DNA of 64,000 nt from Octopus sinensis (lineage: Eukaryota), in contig NC_043014.1 of the NCBI RefSeq assembly GCF_006345805.1, positions 28,210,001-28,274,000 of the forward strand, in the 5' to 3' direction. Positions 1-11,870 of the stretch are shown in pieces. The position numbers and the translations under genes were made by a program. The notes beneath the pieces were generated by a model, which was not told where the DNA came from, searched no databases, and saw only the letters and a list, made by a program, of their open reading frames with translations. Every line of letters begins with the position of its first letter. The first letter of the stretch is position 1.

Positions 1-195
1 CACTCATCACATAAAAGAAGGTTATTTCAATTGAAGTTGAATTGTAATTTTGTGCATGCACACAGCAAGAAATAACATAATTTGCATTGAAGTATTACCT
101 AGCTCAGCTTCAATTGAAATGACATTTTTTTATTTTGTAATTTGTGTTTGTGATGAGCATATTTAAAAACCTGTTTTTTTTAATATAAACTTAAA

Positions 196-640
196 AGGAA
201 GTTTTTTCAGAAATCGTGTCATTTAGTTGTTGTTTCTGGCATGTTTGTGCTCCCCACCACCATCACTTTTTTTCCCCAAAAATTTCTTTGGATTCCTATG
301 TTTTCAACATAGGATTTTGCTCCAAAAACATGTCTTTAAAATTTTAATTTCCTCCCACCCCACCTCAAATTTTAAAAATCTTAAACTTTTTTCGAAATTT
401 TTGTTTGCAATCCAGAAAGAAAAATACAGAGATTACAAATCTTTAAGAATTAAAAAAAAAAATTTTTTCTTCCCCACTTTCAAAAAGCTAAAAACTCCAA
501 ATGTTTCACTGTCAGCATTTTTGAAAGCGGGGAAGTTTTTCAGAAATCATGTCATTTAGCTGTCGTTTCTAGCATGTCAGGTTTTCTAGTGGTGGTCTGA
601 TATTTCAGTAGAATTCTATGCATGCATGAAACAATTTCAT
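196..640. repeat. Interspersed/local repeat unit (unclassified, MITE/foldback-like)
   Basis: The block 'tttttcagaaatcgtgtcatttagttgttgtttctggcatgt' occurs at ~203 and ~533. The 240-640 segment recurs at ~2040-2490. Confidence 0.6.
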
Positions 641-720
641 AAAAGAGCCGTTCATAACCTCAGTGTGAAATAGTTTTTTCCATAGGTATTTTTTGAGTGA
701 ATTCAACATATCGCACTCCC

Positions 721-839
721 AAAGATTTGGCTGCTATTTCTAGCACACCCTGCTACCACGTAACAACTATTTGTGATAAAGGATCTGAAAAACCTGTTAC
801 GTGGTAGCAGGGTGTGCAAGAAATAGCAGCCAAATCTTT
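721..839. repeat. Inverted repeat hairpin, 45-bp arms, 29-nt loop
   Basis: 721-765 (aaagatttggctgctatttctagcacaccctgctaccacgtaaca) is the reverse complement of 795-839 with one mismatch. Confidence 0.9.
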
Positions 840-871
840 CCTTTTATAAGGAAAGGGCCGTTTATACATAC

Positions 872-908
872 TTCCGATGCCACATTCATTGAAAGCATGC
901 AAAATAAC
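872..908 (-). CDS. Candidate 37-nt micro-exon, possibly a downstream exon of the LOTUS gene
   Basis: The minus strand reads gttttgttttcttttccAG|GTTATT...TCGGAA|GTATGT, a strong polypyrimidine acceptor and a GTATGT donor. Two frames are open; no homology recognised. Confidence 0.25.
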
Positions 909-1443
909 CTGGAAAAGAAAACAAAACTCCATTGCTGGGAATCTCAGAGCTTCCTGGTGATCCAGGAAGTAACTATTACAGGTAATCTAGTTATCTATAT
1001 AATTGATAGCAAAGTTTGTATAAAATTAAACTAAATCCAGGATTAGTCACAGATCAATCTAGTAAAGTTTTAACAGTTTTGTGATAACATAGTGTCTCAA
1101 TACATTCTAATACACTCTCTCTTTGGAAGAGAAATTAATTTTTGACATGCTAAAACCCTTCATAACTTTTTTATTTTTAAGAACTTTCACAAAATTTTTT
1201 CGCTTGTTTTCTGCATAATGGAATTAATACAATTATCCCCCCAAAAAATAAAAAATTTATATTCCCACCTACTTCCTTAATTCCAAAACTTTCCACTCTT
1301 TATCAACTTTTTTTTTAAATTCTTGGATTTCACAATGGAATTAATACGATTATCCAATAAAATAATTAAAAAATATATATATTTTACTCCACACTCCCAA
1401 TTCCAAAACTTTCCACTATTGAGTCTTGTGTGTATGTGTAAGA

Positions 1444-1835
1444 GAAAACCATCTTAACATAATTTTCTGTTAGTCGCTGTGTGGTAAGTAGCTTGCTTAC
1501 CAACCACATAGTTCTGGGTTCATTCTCACTGCTTGGCACCTTGGGCAAATGTCTTCTACTATAGCTTCGGGCTAACCAAAGCCTTGTGAGTGGATTTGGT
1601 AGACAGAAACTGAAAGCCCGTCGTATATATGTATGTGTGTCTCTGTTCCCCCCCCACATCGCTTGACAACAGATGTTGGTGTGTTTACATCCCCGTAATT
1701 TAGCGGTTCGGCAAAAGAGAACGATAGAATAAGTACTAGGCTTTCAAAAAATAAGTCCTGGGGTCGATTTGCTCGACTAAGGGCGGTGCTCCAGCATGGC
1801 CGTAGTCAAATGACTGAAACAAGTAAAGAGTATGA
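1444..1835 (-). mobile_element. SINE (family B: 'cagtcatttgactgcggccatgctggagcaccgcc...' type)
   Basis: Reverse complement of the family seen at 53583-53800, 23640-24420 and 16790-17110. Confidence 0.75.
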
Positions 1836-1934
1836 TCAAATGATTTTCTCTTACACAAACACAAAACAGTTTTGATTTTGAAGTATTTAAAAAATTATTT
1901 GGAAACTATAAAGAGAAACAAATGGCAGAATCAG

Positions 1935-2960
1935 ACTGTCCGTATTTTAAACCCAACAACCCACCAAATCGAGAAACAGTGGAAAGTTTTAAAATTAAGG
2001 GATGGGTGGCGGAATATTAAAAAAAGAAATATTGGATAATTTGCACCACCCCCAACACTTTTTTCCCAAAATTTCTTCGGGCTTCCCTGTTTTCGATATA
2101 GGAGATTAGGATTTTGTCCAAAAAACATGTTTTCAAAATTCTGATTTCCCTCTCCCCACCCCAATTTTAAAAATTTTTACTTTTTCCGAATTTAAAAAAA
2201 TTTTTTTATTCTACGCACAAAATGCAGAAATTACGAATCTTTAAGAATAAAAAATAAACATTTTCTTAAAGAAACACTCAAATCCCCTTCCTCAACTTGC
2301 ACCACACATCACTTCCCCACTTTCAAAAAGTTAAAAACTCCGAATGTTACACTTTTAGCTTTTTAGAAAGCTGAGAAGTTTTTCCAGAAATAATGTCGTT
2401 TAGCTGTTGTTTCTAGCATGTCGGGTTTTCTAGAGGTGGTCTGATATTTTTTACGTCTGCTATTTCAGTAGAATTCTACGCATGCGTGAAACATTAGACG
2501 AAAGTGAAACATTCTGAGTTTTTAATTTTTAAAAAACGCGGAGGTGAGGAAATAGGCATTGAGTGTTTCTTAAAGAAAAATTAAAATAAAAAAAAATAAA
2601 TTCCCAGATTCGTAATCTCTGTATTTAACTACATGGATTAGAAATAAATTCGAAAGAAAGTTTAAAATTTATTGGGGTTGGGGAAATTAGAAGTTCGAAA
2701 ACAGATAGCCGAAAAACTTTTGAAAAAAAAACAACAAACCCACCGGAAATGGGTGGTGTACACATCCTTTACCTTCGTCCGTATTTGTATAAAATTTCAT
2801 TTAAAAATACCCATTTTCCTGAAAGTTTTGTTAAAAAGTATCCATTTTTCTGGAAGTTATGAGGTAAGAAAGTCGGGAGGGTATACGTCTGTAGTTATGC
2901 CGAAAAAATTACTTATGATGAGAGAAACAAACTTTGAAAAAAAAAAAAAAATTCTGAATC
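1935..2960. repeat. Second copy of the 240-640 repeat plus an inverted partial copy (foldback)
   Basis: 2040-2490 matches 240-640. About 2520-2740 is a diverged reverse complement of ~2040-2340 (e.g. cttaaagaaacactcaa vs ttgagtgtttcttaaag). Confidence 0.55.
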
Positions 2961-3296
2961 GTAATTTCTGTTGTATGAAACTAAGAAATAAATAAAAGAA
3001 ACTAATGAAGGAGAAAAAAAAGCTTTTTCTCTTCCCGTAAGTTTAGGATACACCTAATACGAATCTCCTTCCCAAGAACGACAAACGGACCCCGCAACAC
3101 AGTTCCATTTATACCCTATTTATCTCTAATAACCCTAATGCTAAGACACTTGACCAGACAAGAAAATAAATTTCGAACACAGTAAAGTTGTAAGAACAGC
3201 AGAGAAAGATTATTTACCCTTATAAGACGGAAAAAACGTTCAGGGTAAATACTTAATCTATCTCTGCTCAGCTTTAAAACTGCGTTCGAAATTTAC

Positions 3297-3376
3297 TTTG
3301 TAAAATAGCAACCACGTTTGAGGCTTCCAGTTTGTTTATAAAATGTGGCACTTGACCACAGTTCGGTGCATTGAAA
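3297..3376 (-). CDS. Candidate 80-nt exon downstream of the LOTUS ORF
   Basis: The minus strand reads tcatttcAG|TTTCAATGC...TTTTACAAA|GTAAAT. Two frames are open; no homology recognised. Confidence 0.2.
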
Positions 3377-3741
3377 CTGAAATGACCGATCTGAACTTTA
3401 TTAATTGTACACCCATGTTTATATTTTCACGAGCCAGTTATGAAATTTTAAAACAAATAATTCGAAGCACATGATTTGTCAATCTAATATATTACAAGTC
3501 CAAATGATTATTCCCCACCACTAAAATGAGCCCGAATAAAAAGAAAGAAAACAAAATCGATCTTTTTCAAGGAGTTTAGTTTAGTTTAACCGTTTGAACA
3601 CATTTGGCAATAAAAAAACATATCACTTGGAAAAATAACGATACGATGAAATTGGCATTTATACATATCAACAGTAATGAAATAGAAAAATAGTTGTTTT
3701 TCAGGGGATATTTTTGTTAGGATCTGTGGGGATAACTATGA

Positions 3742-5178
3742 TTAGAACCTGACTGGCTTAATGATTTCGCTTTTTATCTTGTTAGATTTCGAATTCAAAG
3801 ATGAATTTTTGTAATTAGCAGTAGTTTTCTGTCCCTCTTTTATGTCAATTTGCCCGTCACAATTTCCGCTATTGTTGTCATCTAAATGAGTGTTAATAAT
3901 AGAAATCCTAAGTTCTTGGAGAGCAAGATCTCCGTGTTGGATTTTGAGTGTACTGTTTGGTTCTTGTTTATCAACAAGGGTTACAGTTCGGGATTTCATT
4001 TCTCTGTTACGCTTCCCTGGACTATCCTCAACGTTAATGTCATTATGATAACACCGACACTTGTGATTACATTTATCGACTTGCCTCATGCTAAAGTAAT
4101 TTTTGACGTGACACTGACAATCACAGTTTGCACGTGGAAACTTACTTTGTGAATCAGTAGTATCAACACAAAGACGGGAGTCTGAAAGACCGTGTTCCGA
4201 CATCTGAAACTTATAACTATTGTCGTTAAACTCATTAAATCTTTTGTGAATCGTAATTTTCCGTCCATTGCCTGATATAAAGCATCTGTTGTGTAAGTTT
4301 GGCGTTGAAACATAATGCCTACTTTGCAAAGATTTATTTATTGTATCATGTGCGACAGCTACGAAGAACGGTCCCTTTTTGATGCACATGGTGTTGTCAA
4401 CACTATAATTCAGCATGAGTTCATCTACAGATTTGTAACCGTATTCTTTTAAGGGTATGTACCTACCCGTCTCAGATTTGTATTCCTTTTGTAAATCTTT
4501 AACGTTCAACCCGAGAGGAGCTTGATAGAGTATCGATAACAGTTTCATTCTGAGCTCATCAACGTCTAAATTATCGACTGTGGCCGGCACTGAAGCCTGC
4601 TTTTGATATGTCCGTGTTGGTAATGGTGGTGGTAGTGATGGTAGTGCCGTTAGTTGGTGCATGGAAACACTTCGTGTGATTCCATTATCATTGCTGTATC
4701 GAGAAAAACGATCATGTTTTGTTTGATAACGCCGTCGTTTGTCATTGTCATTCTTAACGTAATGTCGACTCGGTTTCTGATGACGTGACGAAATTTCTTT
4801 CGTTTTCAGTTTGCGATCTGATTTTTGTTGTTGGATTAACTTTTCTAGGTGATGTGTGGCGTCACTTGAAACTGCAAAGTAATAATTTTCGTCTCGAACA
4901 ACTGTATCAGGAATCGATCTGAGAAAATCATCGAGAGTTGTGAATCCAGTTTTTCTGACGTCGATATCTTCGCCTGTGAGTTGCTTGTATTCTTTCAAAA
5001 AATTCGTTTTTCTCACGCCATGTTTTGAACTTAATAAAACAGATCTGATTTTTTTCTTTAAATCGATAATATTTTCCATTTCTTTTGAGACACTAATTAA
5101 AATTGAAAACTTTTGGTTTTTGAGTTCTTCCTTACTTTTCTTTGCAGTTTTGCCAGCTGTTGTTTTCTTTTTTATCAT
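3742..5178 (-). CDS. Tandem LOTUS (OST-HTH) domain protein, TDRD5/TDRD7-like; either a large first coding exon or a complete intronless ORF
   Basis: 478-aa uninterrupted ORF. It has two LOTUS-like segments: LKKKIRSVLLSSKHGVRKTNFLKEYKQLTGEDIDVRKTGFTTLDDFLRSIPDTV and LRMKLLSILYQAPLGLNVKDLQKEYKSETGRYIPLKEYGYKSVDELM. These match the N-terminal LOTUS pattern of TDRD5/Tejas and TDRD7/Tapas. No Tudor domain is seen in the window. Confidence 0.85.
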   Translation of the reverse strand: MIKKKTTAGKTAKKSKEELKNQKFSILISVSKEMENIIDLKKKIRSVLLSSKHGVRKTNFLKEYKQLTGEDIDVRKTGFTTLDDFLRSIPDTVVRDENYYFAVSSDATHHLEKLIQQQKSDRKLKTKEISSRHQKPSRHYVKNDNDKRRRYQTKHDRFSRYSNDNGITRSVSMHQLTALPSLPPPLPTRTYQKQASVPATVDNLDVDELRMKLLSILYQAPLGLNVKDLQKEYKSETGRYIPLKEYGYKSVDELMLNYSVDNTMCIKKGPFFVAVAHDTINKSLQSRHYVSTPNLHNRCFISGNGRKITIHKRFNEFNDNSYKFQMSEHGLSDSRLCVDTTDSQSKFPRANCDCQCHVKNYFSMRQVDKCNHKCRCYHNDINVEDSPGKRNREMKSRTVTLVDKQEPNSTLKIQHGDLALQELRISIINTHLDDNNSGNCDGQIDIKEGQKTTANYKNSSLNSKSNKIKSEIIKPVRF

Positions 5179-6429
5179 CTGCTCTGAATCGAATGACCTA
5201 CCTGTTTATAAATACTTTCTCCTCTTTCTCGCAACCTCGAACTTTGAGCGGCTATTATATAGAAGTATGGATATGTATTTCTATTTATGTGTGTGTATTT
5301 GCATTATGCCTCCTTTCCTCTTTCTCTCTCTTTAAGCACACACAGACACACGCACTCTCTTCCCCTCCGTCTCTCCCTCAATACTATTTTCTCCCAAATC
5401 ACTTTATTTTGTCTTTCACGTCAGTTTTTGTCATTGGATAAAATTCTTTCAGAGCTGGTGTCAACTTTTTTTTATCTATTTATTCCTTCTTCATTGAGAA
5501 AATATAGTATGTGAGTGTATAAATTAGGGATACAAGCAGGAAACTGATTAGTAAGTTTCGTAAGTGCTAATGCACAAAACTTTCAGCCTTTGAGTCATTC
5601 TGTTACTTCTGCTGAATATTAAGAAAAATATACATATACGAATGTGAGTGTATAGGTAATAAGGCAGATAAACAGAGTTGATTAATATGTAGGGATCTAG
5701 CCTGATCCTGCCTAAGATTTAAAACCAAATCCACCCGCTTGTTGCTGGTCAAAACGAGCGGGAAATATTCTCCACACCAGATGATTGATGACGAAACACT
5801 CCAGCCCCTACTACCGGTGCTGGTCAAGGAAAGGTCAGTCCCTTGTTTAGGGTTTGATCTACATTACTGACCATATAACAGAATTTCGACCTGATAATGG
5901 CACCTCTACACATATCTTTAAATGGAGTGCAAAATACATGAAATAAAGGATAAATATAGAGAAATTATAAGATGACATTACATAATTTCTTTATTTTATT
6001 ATCTGTATTTTGTATTCCATATAAATATGTATATGGTATCGAACCTAACTGTTTATCTACCTGACACCTTCCTAGCAGCATGATTTGAATTTCCTCTATA
6101 GCCACTCTCGATGCCATGGGCTTTGCCTTAGTAGATGAAGTCACCCAAATTTCTCAACTTTAATTCCAAATAACATGAGATTCTTTAATTTATGAGATAA
6201 AATAATTGGTTCATCGTTATCAAAATAATTGGTTCATCGCAATCTGAGAAAAATTAAAGGGGGCTCATTTTGCAGATGAGAAAGACTAGATCCCAATTTG
6301 AGTTTACATCGTGTAATAATAATTTTATTACATATATAACAGAAAACGTCATTAAAATACAAATCTAAAAACAAACATGATCGAAGAAAGAGGAAAAAAG
6401 AAAAAAAAAACATCGATTCAACACCGAGT

Positions 6430-6625
6430 GCCTCTACTAGTGGCATTCCACGAGGTTCAACAGAACCCACTGAAGTAAAGCAGCATGCTCGCTGCATTAT
6501 TATGGGCGATGGCGAGGTTAAGGTGTTGGAACAGCCAAACACCCTCACAAGCATCACCTGACGCCTCTGTAAGGCGAGCCGCCAAGGATGACAAGAACTT
6601 GGCTGTTAGCGGCCATTTGAGTCAC
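6430..6625 (-). mobile_element. 3' fragment of a CRE-like non-LTR retrotransposon (RLE endonuclease end)
   Basis: The reverse complement is a diverged match to 52915-53030 (ggccgctaa..agttcttgtca..ttggcggctcg.ctta...gtgagggtg.ttggctgtt.caa..cctta.cctcgccatc). It encodes ...WLFQHLNLAIAHNNAASML, similar to the WLFQRLSLAIQRGNA motif. Confidence 0.6.
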
Positions 6626-7961
6626 GGATCCGAAGTTTCAAATTGTTTAGTTAACTAGAAATTGTGTTGAATTCCGTCCATCAAAAGGAAAAGATCCGAG
6701 AGCGTTGATAAAACACACACACATATATATATATATATATAATGCCAAAAGTGTGTTTCGGATGGGTCACAGAGGGTCGTGATGACAGTCAGTGGGGTTG
6801 TCCTGGATTCTGATTGTTCAGAAATGTTATTTATAATTTCACTCGACTCGACTATTTTTTGTATCGCTGAAAATGCTCATTCTAAGTATGTTATGTAACT
6901 CTATATAAAAAAATAGCCTATTAGAGTTGTTTCCCTTTAATACACGAGCCAGTCAAACGTTGGTATTGCCCACGTAGCCTCGTTCTGGAAATACGAGGCT
7001 CTATTTACTGCGACATACTACCTTGTATGTGACAAGTCCGTCTCTTCAGTGCAGCTGTCAACTGGTACCACACACTTCGTCAGCAGTATTATTATTATTA
7101 TTATTATTATTTTATTTTTGCCTTCTCTATTGAATTTCTTGGGTGGTGAAAATATCCTATCAGCTGTTATATCTTTTTTTTTTTTTAAAGCTGAGTGAAG
7201 TCGATTAAAAAAGCCATACATACAGCATCTATATGTATGTCTTTTAAAAAATACACCCATTATTCTGATAAGATCAAGTGAGATTTTATTTCTTTCTCTT
7301 GTATTGTAAATAGTTTGTAAATAGTTTTCGTTTAATTTCGAAAACAGGCATTCCAAATTTAACCGAATTTCAGTTATCTATCCATCTATTTATAATAGAT
7401 GCCTCTTTTTGCATATATCAACGCAAAAATATATGTATTTATATGTAAATGTATATAAACATAGTTTTTGGCACATGGGTTAAAATTGGCACATATTCAC
7501 AAGTTATTCCTTGTGTAAAAGAGGTTAAATACAAATGCCACATCCTTTCCTGATTTGATTGTTGTCATCTGTGTGTGTGTTGTTATTCTGTTGTATCTAC
7601 CAAATTATTTTTTTATTTTATCTGTTTACATATCTGTACTTCAGTTCCTAGACAGTAGTCTTTTCTTTGTGTTGAGTATTTTTTTCTCTCCTATACTTCA
7701 GTTGACGTATCATTTAAAAATAAGGAACGATGTAAGCCTAGGGAAAAAATTTAAAAGAGCAGAAATACATATACATTCATTGACATATACACACGGGTTC
7801 ATACTTAATATGTACGTTCATCGACGGTTATATGTATATAATACATATATACACGAAACGAAAACGAACTCTAAATAAAGGGTCTGAGGTGTGTAATGTT
7901 TTTGGTCTGTTATCTAATTAGCTGAAATTTCAACTCCGGTCCGACATCACTGACAGGTGCA

Positions 7962-8027
7962 ATGATGAAGGCCAGCGCAGAACTGTGGCATGTTTGGAGG
8001 ATGGCCGCTCTTTTGGTGTCTTGTTGA
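7962..8027 (+). promoter_or_regulatory. Putative uORF (21 aa) ending 1 nt before the TMEM170 ATG at 8029
   Basis: ATG ATG AAG GCC ... TGT TGA t ATG. It is out of frame with TMEM170 and overlaps the in-frame upstream ATG at 7990. The transcription start site is unknown. Confidence 0.3.
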
Positions 8028-8028
8028 T

Positions 8029-8122
8029 ATGAGTTCCAACGACGACTTTCAGCCGGATACTTTGGATACTGTTATTAATGTGTTTGGATTGACTCCCAAG
8101 GATCCACTTAACGGATTTTTGG
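8029..8122 (+). CDS. TMEM170: TMEM170 exon 1 (alternative in-frame ATG at 7990)
   Basis: MSSNDDFQPDTLDTVINVFGLTPKDPLNGFL plus G, then a GTAAGT donor at 8123. The phase-1 G joins AA of exon 2 to give E-M-W-Y, as in the vertebrate TMEM170 motif EMWY. Confidence 0.75.
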
Positions 8123-9799
8123 GTAAGTGGATTTTATTCAGACACAACTTGTCACCAAACTCCAACTACCTACCTCATGTCTTCGTTTTTCTTCCTAACA
8201 CCCCAAGACGCACACATAAAAGAAAATATATATGCATGCACACACATTTATTGACACACGCACACTGTGATGAACATAACAAAGGGGAACTTTCGAAAAG
8301 TGCAGAGATCACTTTCCCTAATTCGTTCAAGGTGCATCTGAATCTTTCATTTGGACTTAAGGCCCTGTACACCAAATCGACTGTAAAAATCAAAAGATTG
8401 GCTTTAAAACTAGCGAGAAGATGCTCCTATATGAACTTATAACGAAACCCCACATATACAGACACCTAAATGAATGTGTGAGCGTGCAATGTATTCATAC
8501 AGACACCCCTGCTAATATTTGCTATAACATTCTCCCTTCCCAGTTCTCCACCTTTTTTGTTTCACCTCTCTCCCAATCGATAGCTTCTAATCATCTTAAT
8601 CTACCTACTGAACTTTTTTCGTATGTTTTTGTTTTGTTTGTTTTTAGTGTACTAAACATTTTATATATTGTACTAATACTAAACATATATATTTTTGTTG
8701 TCATATAATGATATAAATCTCTCTCCTATATCACACACACCCACCATCATCATCATCATCACACTCCAGATTTTATTTCCTAATGTTGTTTTAATACTCC
8801 TTTGAAGCGGACAATTTATGACAGTAAATTGGAGATGTTTACATAGATATTCTATTTTGAACTTAGCAGGAGGCATCTTTTTTGCTCCCCGAGGATAAGG
8901 ACGTAGACATTGATAGGGAAAAGAGAGGAAATATAGTGAGAACAGTGATTCGCTCTTAGTTATCCTTGGATATTTCCTTGTTGCAGCTATATCACGGCCA
9001 AATGTCCTTGGGAAATGTACGAACGCATTTCAGTCTTATTCTCTTCCTCCTGTTAGTCTTTGTTTCTATATTTTGTACTCTAGCAGTCTCAGTAAGGAAT
9101 GGTAGTGATAATATCAGTTTGTTTCCTGGAGCTTTCTCTCCTGAATAAAATCAGTGGTTTGTTAGAAAAATGTCATTTCTCTTTTTACTCATACTATTGG
9201 AACTAGCTTTGTGTATTATTGTCCTAGATTCGACAGCATATATACCAGTCATATACTATTTAATGAATTCAACAAGGAAATGTATTGTTGCTTACTATGT
9301 TGAGAGGAATTTACCAACCATACACTGGACTTCCATAATTTTGACCTGCAATATGGTACATTGTCAAAATTGTTTTTATACACTCTTGTATGCCTCTTAA
9401 CTGCCACTCAATATACATCCTTTTAAGCAACACTCCTTTGGCAGCACTCCTTTATATAAAGCTACTTAACTTTCTCTTTATTCTCTAATCTCAGTTCATA
9501 CAACAACAAATTGAACTACACCTAATCTCTTGACTGCTTTGGACTTTTGACTGCCAAGTTTTTCACCTGCCATTACTTCTGATATGCTTTAAGATAAAAT
9601 AAGGAAATTGGTGATAGTCTGTGTCAATAAGGCTGTGAGAAATCTCAAGATAAGAGGTAAAGCTCACATATTATAGATATAAGAAGTATAGAGTCTAACA
9701 TTTCAAGCTTTACCCTTCAATAAAAATTGAAGAAAAGGTAAAATAGTTTTTTGATTGCTCTCTTAGCTTTCTAAACTTTTCAATCATCTGTTTTTACTC

Positions 9800-10640
9800 T
9801 CAGATATAACGGTTACCAACTCTTCCATTTGTATGGAAAGCTGTCTCACTAACCCTGCCAACTATCAACCTGTTACTCTTGTATTTAGCAGTTCAAAGTA
9901 ACCAGACTAAGTTCTGCATAGTCAAATACATGTTTCCTCCGGAGATCTCTCTTTTTACCAACAGTCTCTTAACTCTTGAACATTTCAGTGAGGGCAAAGT
10001 ATTAGCCATTGACATAAGCAATGACTCTGTCTAGTATGAGAATCTGTTGGCAAAGCTTCTAATGAGTTTATATATTCATTGCAGCTCATGTTGACAAAAT
10101 TCTCTCTCTCAATTCTGATGTATCTCGGACTTCCTTTTATCTTTCTTATACTCTTTTCCCCTGCGTGTTATTAGTTCTCTAACCATATATATATACAGAT
10201 TATGCTACAGTGTACATCTATGTAGAAATCTTTTGCGCACACAGTGTTAACATCTCTTGGCAAGTATTCATTGTCTTCAACAGCTCCTCAATCTACAAAA
10301 TATTAATTTGCTCTACACTACAAGAATAGTGCTGATGTACAAACACTACTTGCATTCATAAGCATCATTCACTCGAAAAAAGTTTGTGAATAAAAACCTA
10401 ATAGGCATTTATTCACCAACATTCTCTAACTATTTAGTCAAGTTTGAGCTGTAACCGCTCTCTTAAACTACTATAACAATGGCTGTTCTACATCTGAATC
10501 TGATGTTATTATATTAGCTCCACTTAACTTTACAGAATTTACTTTTGAACCATTTTTTGTCTCATCCACTCAGTCTCTATACTAAGCTCTTTGTCCAATC
10601 TCTCTTCACTAAATTACATTTCTGTAGACACTTCTCTCTT
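9800..10640 (+). mobile_element. Ancient degraded LINE (CR1/L2/Jockey-like RT region)
   Basis: Residual motif similar to NPANYQPVTL (canonical NYRPISL), with multiple stops and frameshifts. Confidence 0.35.
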
Positions 10641-10729
10641 TATCCATCACTTCAAAAGCATTTAACGACGATGATGATGATGATGATATCATCATCATCT
10701 TCTTCATCATCATCATCATCATCAAGCTT

Positions 10730-11870
10730 CCACAGCAAGGTGGCAGAATTGTTAGCTATGCTTAGTGGCATTTTGTCTGTCTTTGAGTTCAAATTCTGCC
10801 AAAGCTGACTTTGCCTTTCATCCTTGTGCCAAAATTTGAAACCAATATTAACTCTCACAACTATTCCTGTATCCTTTTCTTGGAGTATAAAAAGTCATGA
10901 ACATGACTTCTGAATTATGTACTCTCTCTTGAAATGGCTGAACTGATCAGTTATGGGCTGTGAATTCAGATCTTAAACAGTCAGTCAATAAAGACACTTT
11001 ATTCTATGTACTGCAGTTGACATTTATAAAATTTGTTTTAAAAAAAAACTATAATTGTAGCTCTTCACTTCAAGTATGGGCGACTTTATTGATTCATCAG
11101 ATGTGTGAAAAGATTAAATTCCATCCCTTCCAAATTCAATCTTTGTAATTCGGAAAATTATCAATATTGATTTCATATTTTCGCACAAGGCCAGTAATTT
11201 CAGGAAAGGGAGTTAAGTCAATTACATCAACCCCACTAATCAGCTGGTACTTATTTTATTGACCCCCCCCCCAAAGGATGAAAGGCAAGGTTGACCTCAG
11301 TGGAATTTGAACTCAGAATGGGAAGATGGATGAAATGCACTAAGCATTTTGCCTGGTGTGCTAACAATTCTGCCATCTCGCTACCTTAATAATAACAACA
11401 ATATAAATAATAATAATAATGGTTTCAAATTTTTCCACAAGGGCAGCCATTTTGGGGGAGGGGATGAGTCAATTACGTCAACCCTAGTGTTTCACTGGTA
11501 CTTAATTTATTGACCCCCAAAAGGATAAAAGGTAAAGTTGACCTCAGCAGAATTTGAACTCAGAACATAACAACGGGTGAAATGCTGCTAAACATTTTGT
11601 CCAGTGCACTAATGATTCTGCCAGCTTGCTGCCTTAATAAATTATTATAATGATGATGATTTCAAATTTTGAAACAAGGTCAGTAATTTTCGGGGAGCGT
11701 TAAGTCAATTACTTTGATCCCCAGTGATCGACTGATACTTGTTTTATCACCACCAAAGAATGAAAGACATATTGACCTCAGTAGGATTTAAACTCAGAAT
11801 GTTAAGATGGGCAAAATGCTTAGCAGCATTTTGCTTGGTGTGCTAACAATTTTGCCAGCTTGATGTCTTA
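10730..11870. mobile_element. Cluster of ~4 decayed family-A SINEs in both orientations
   Basis: Repeated 'tgagttcaaattctgc..ag.tgactttgcctttcatcc' (plus) and 'ggatgaaaggcaaggttgacctcag..gaatttgaactcagaa' (minus), separated by (AAT)n. Confidence 0.75.
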
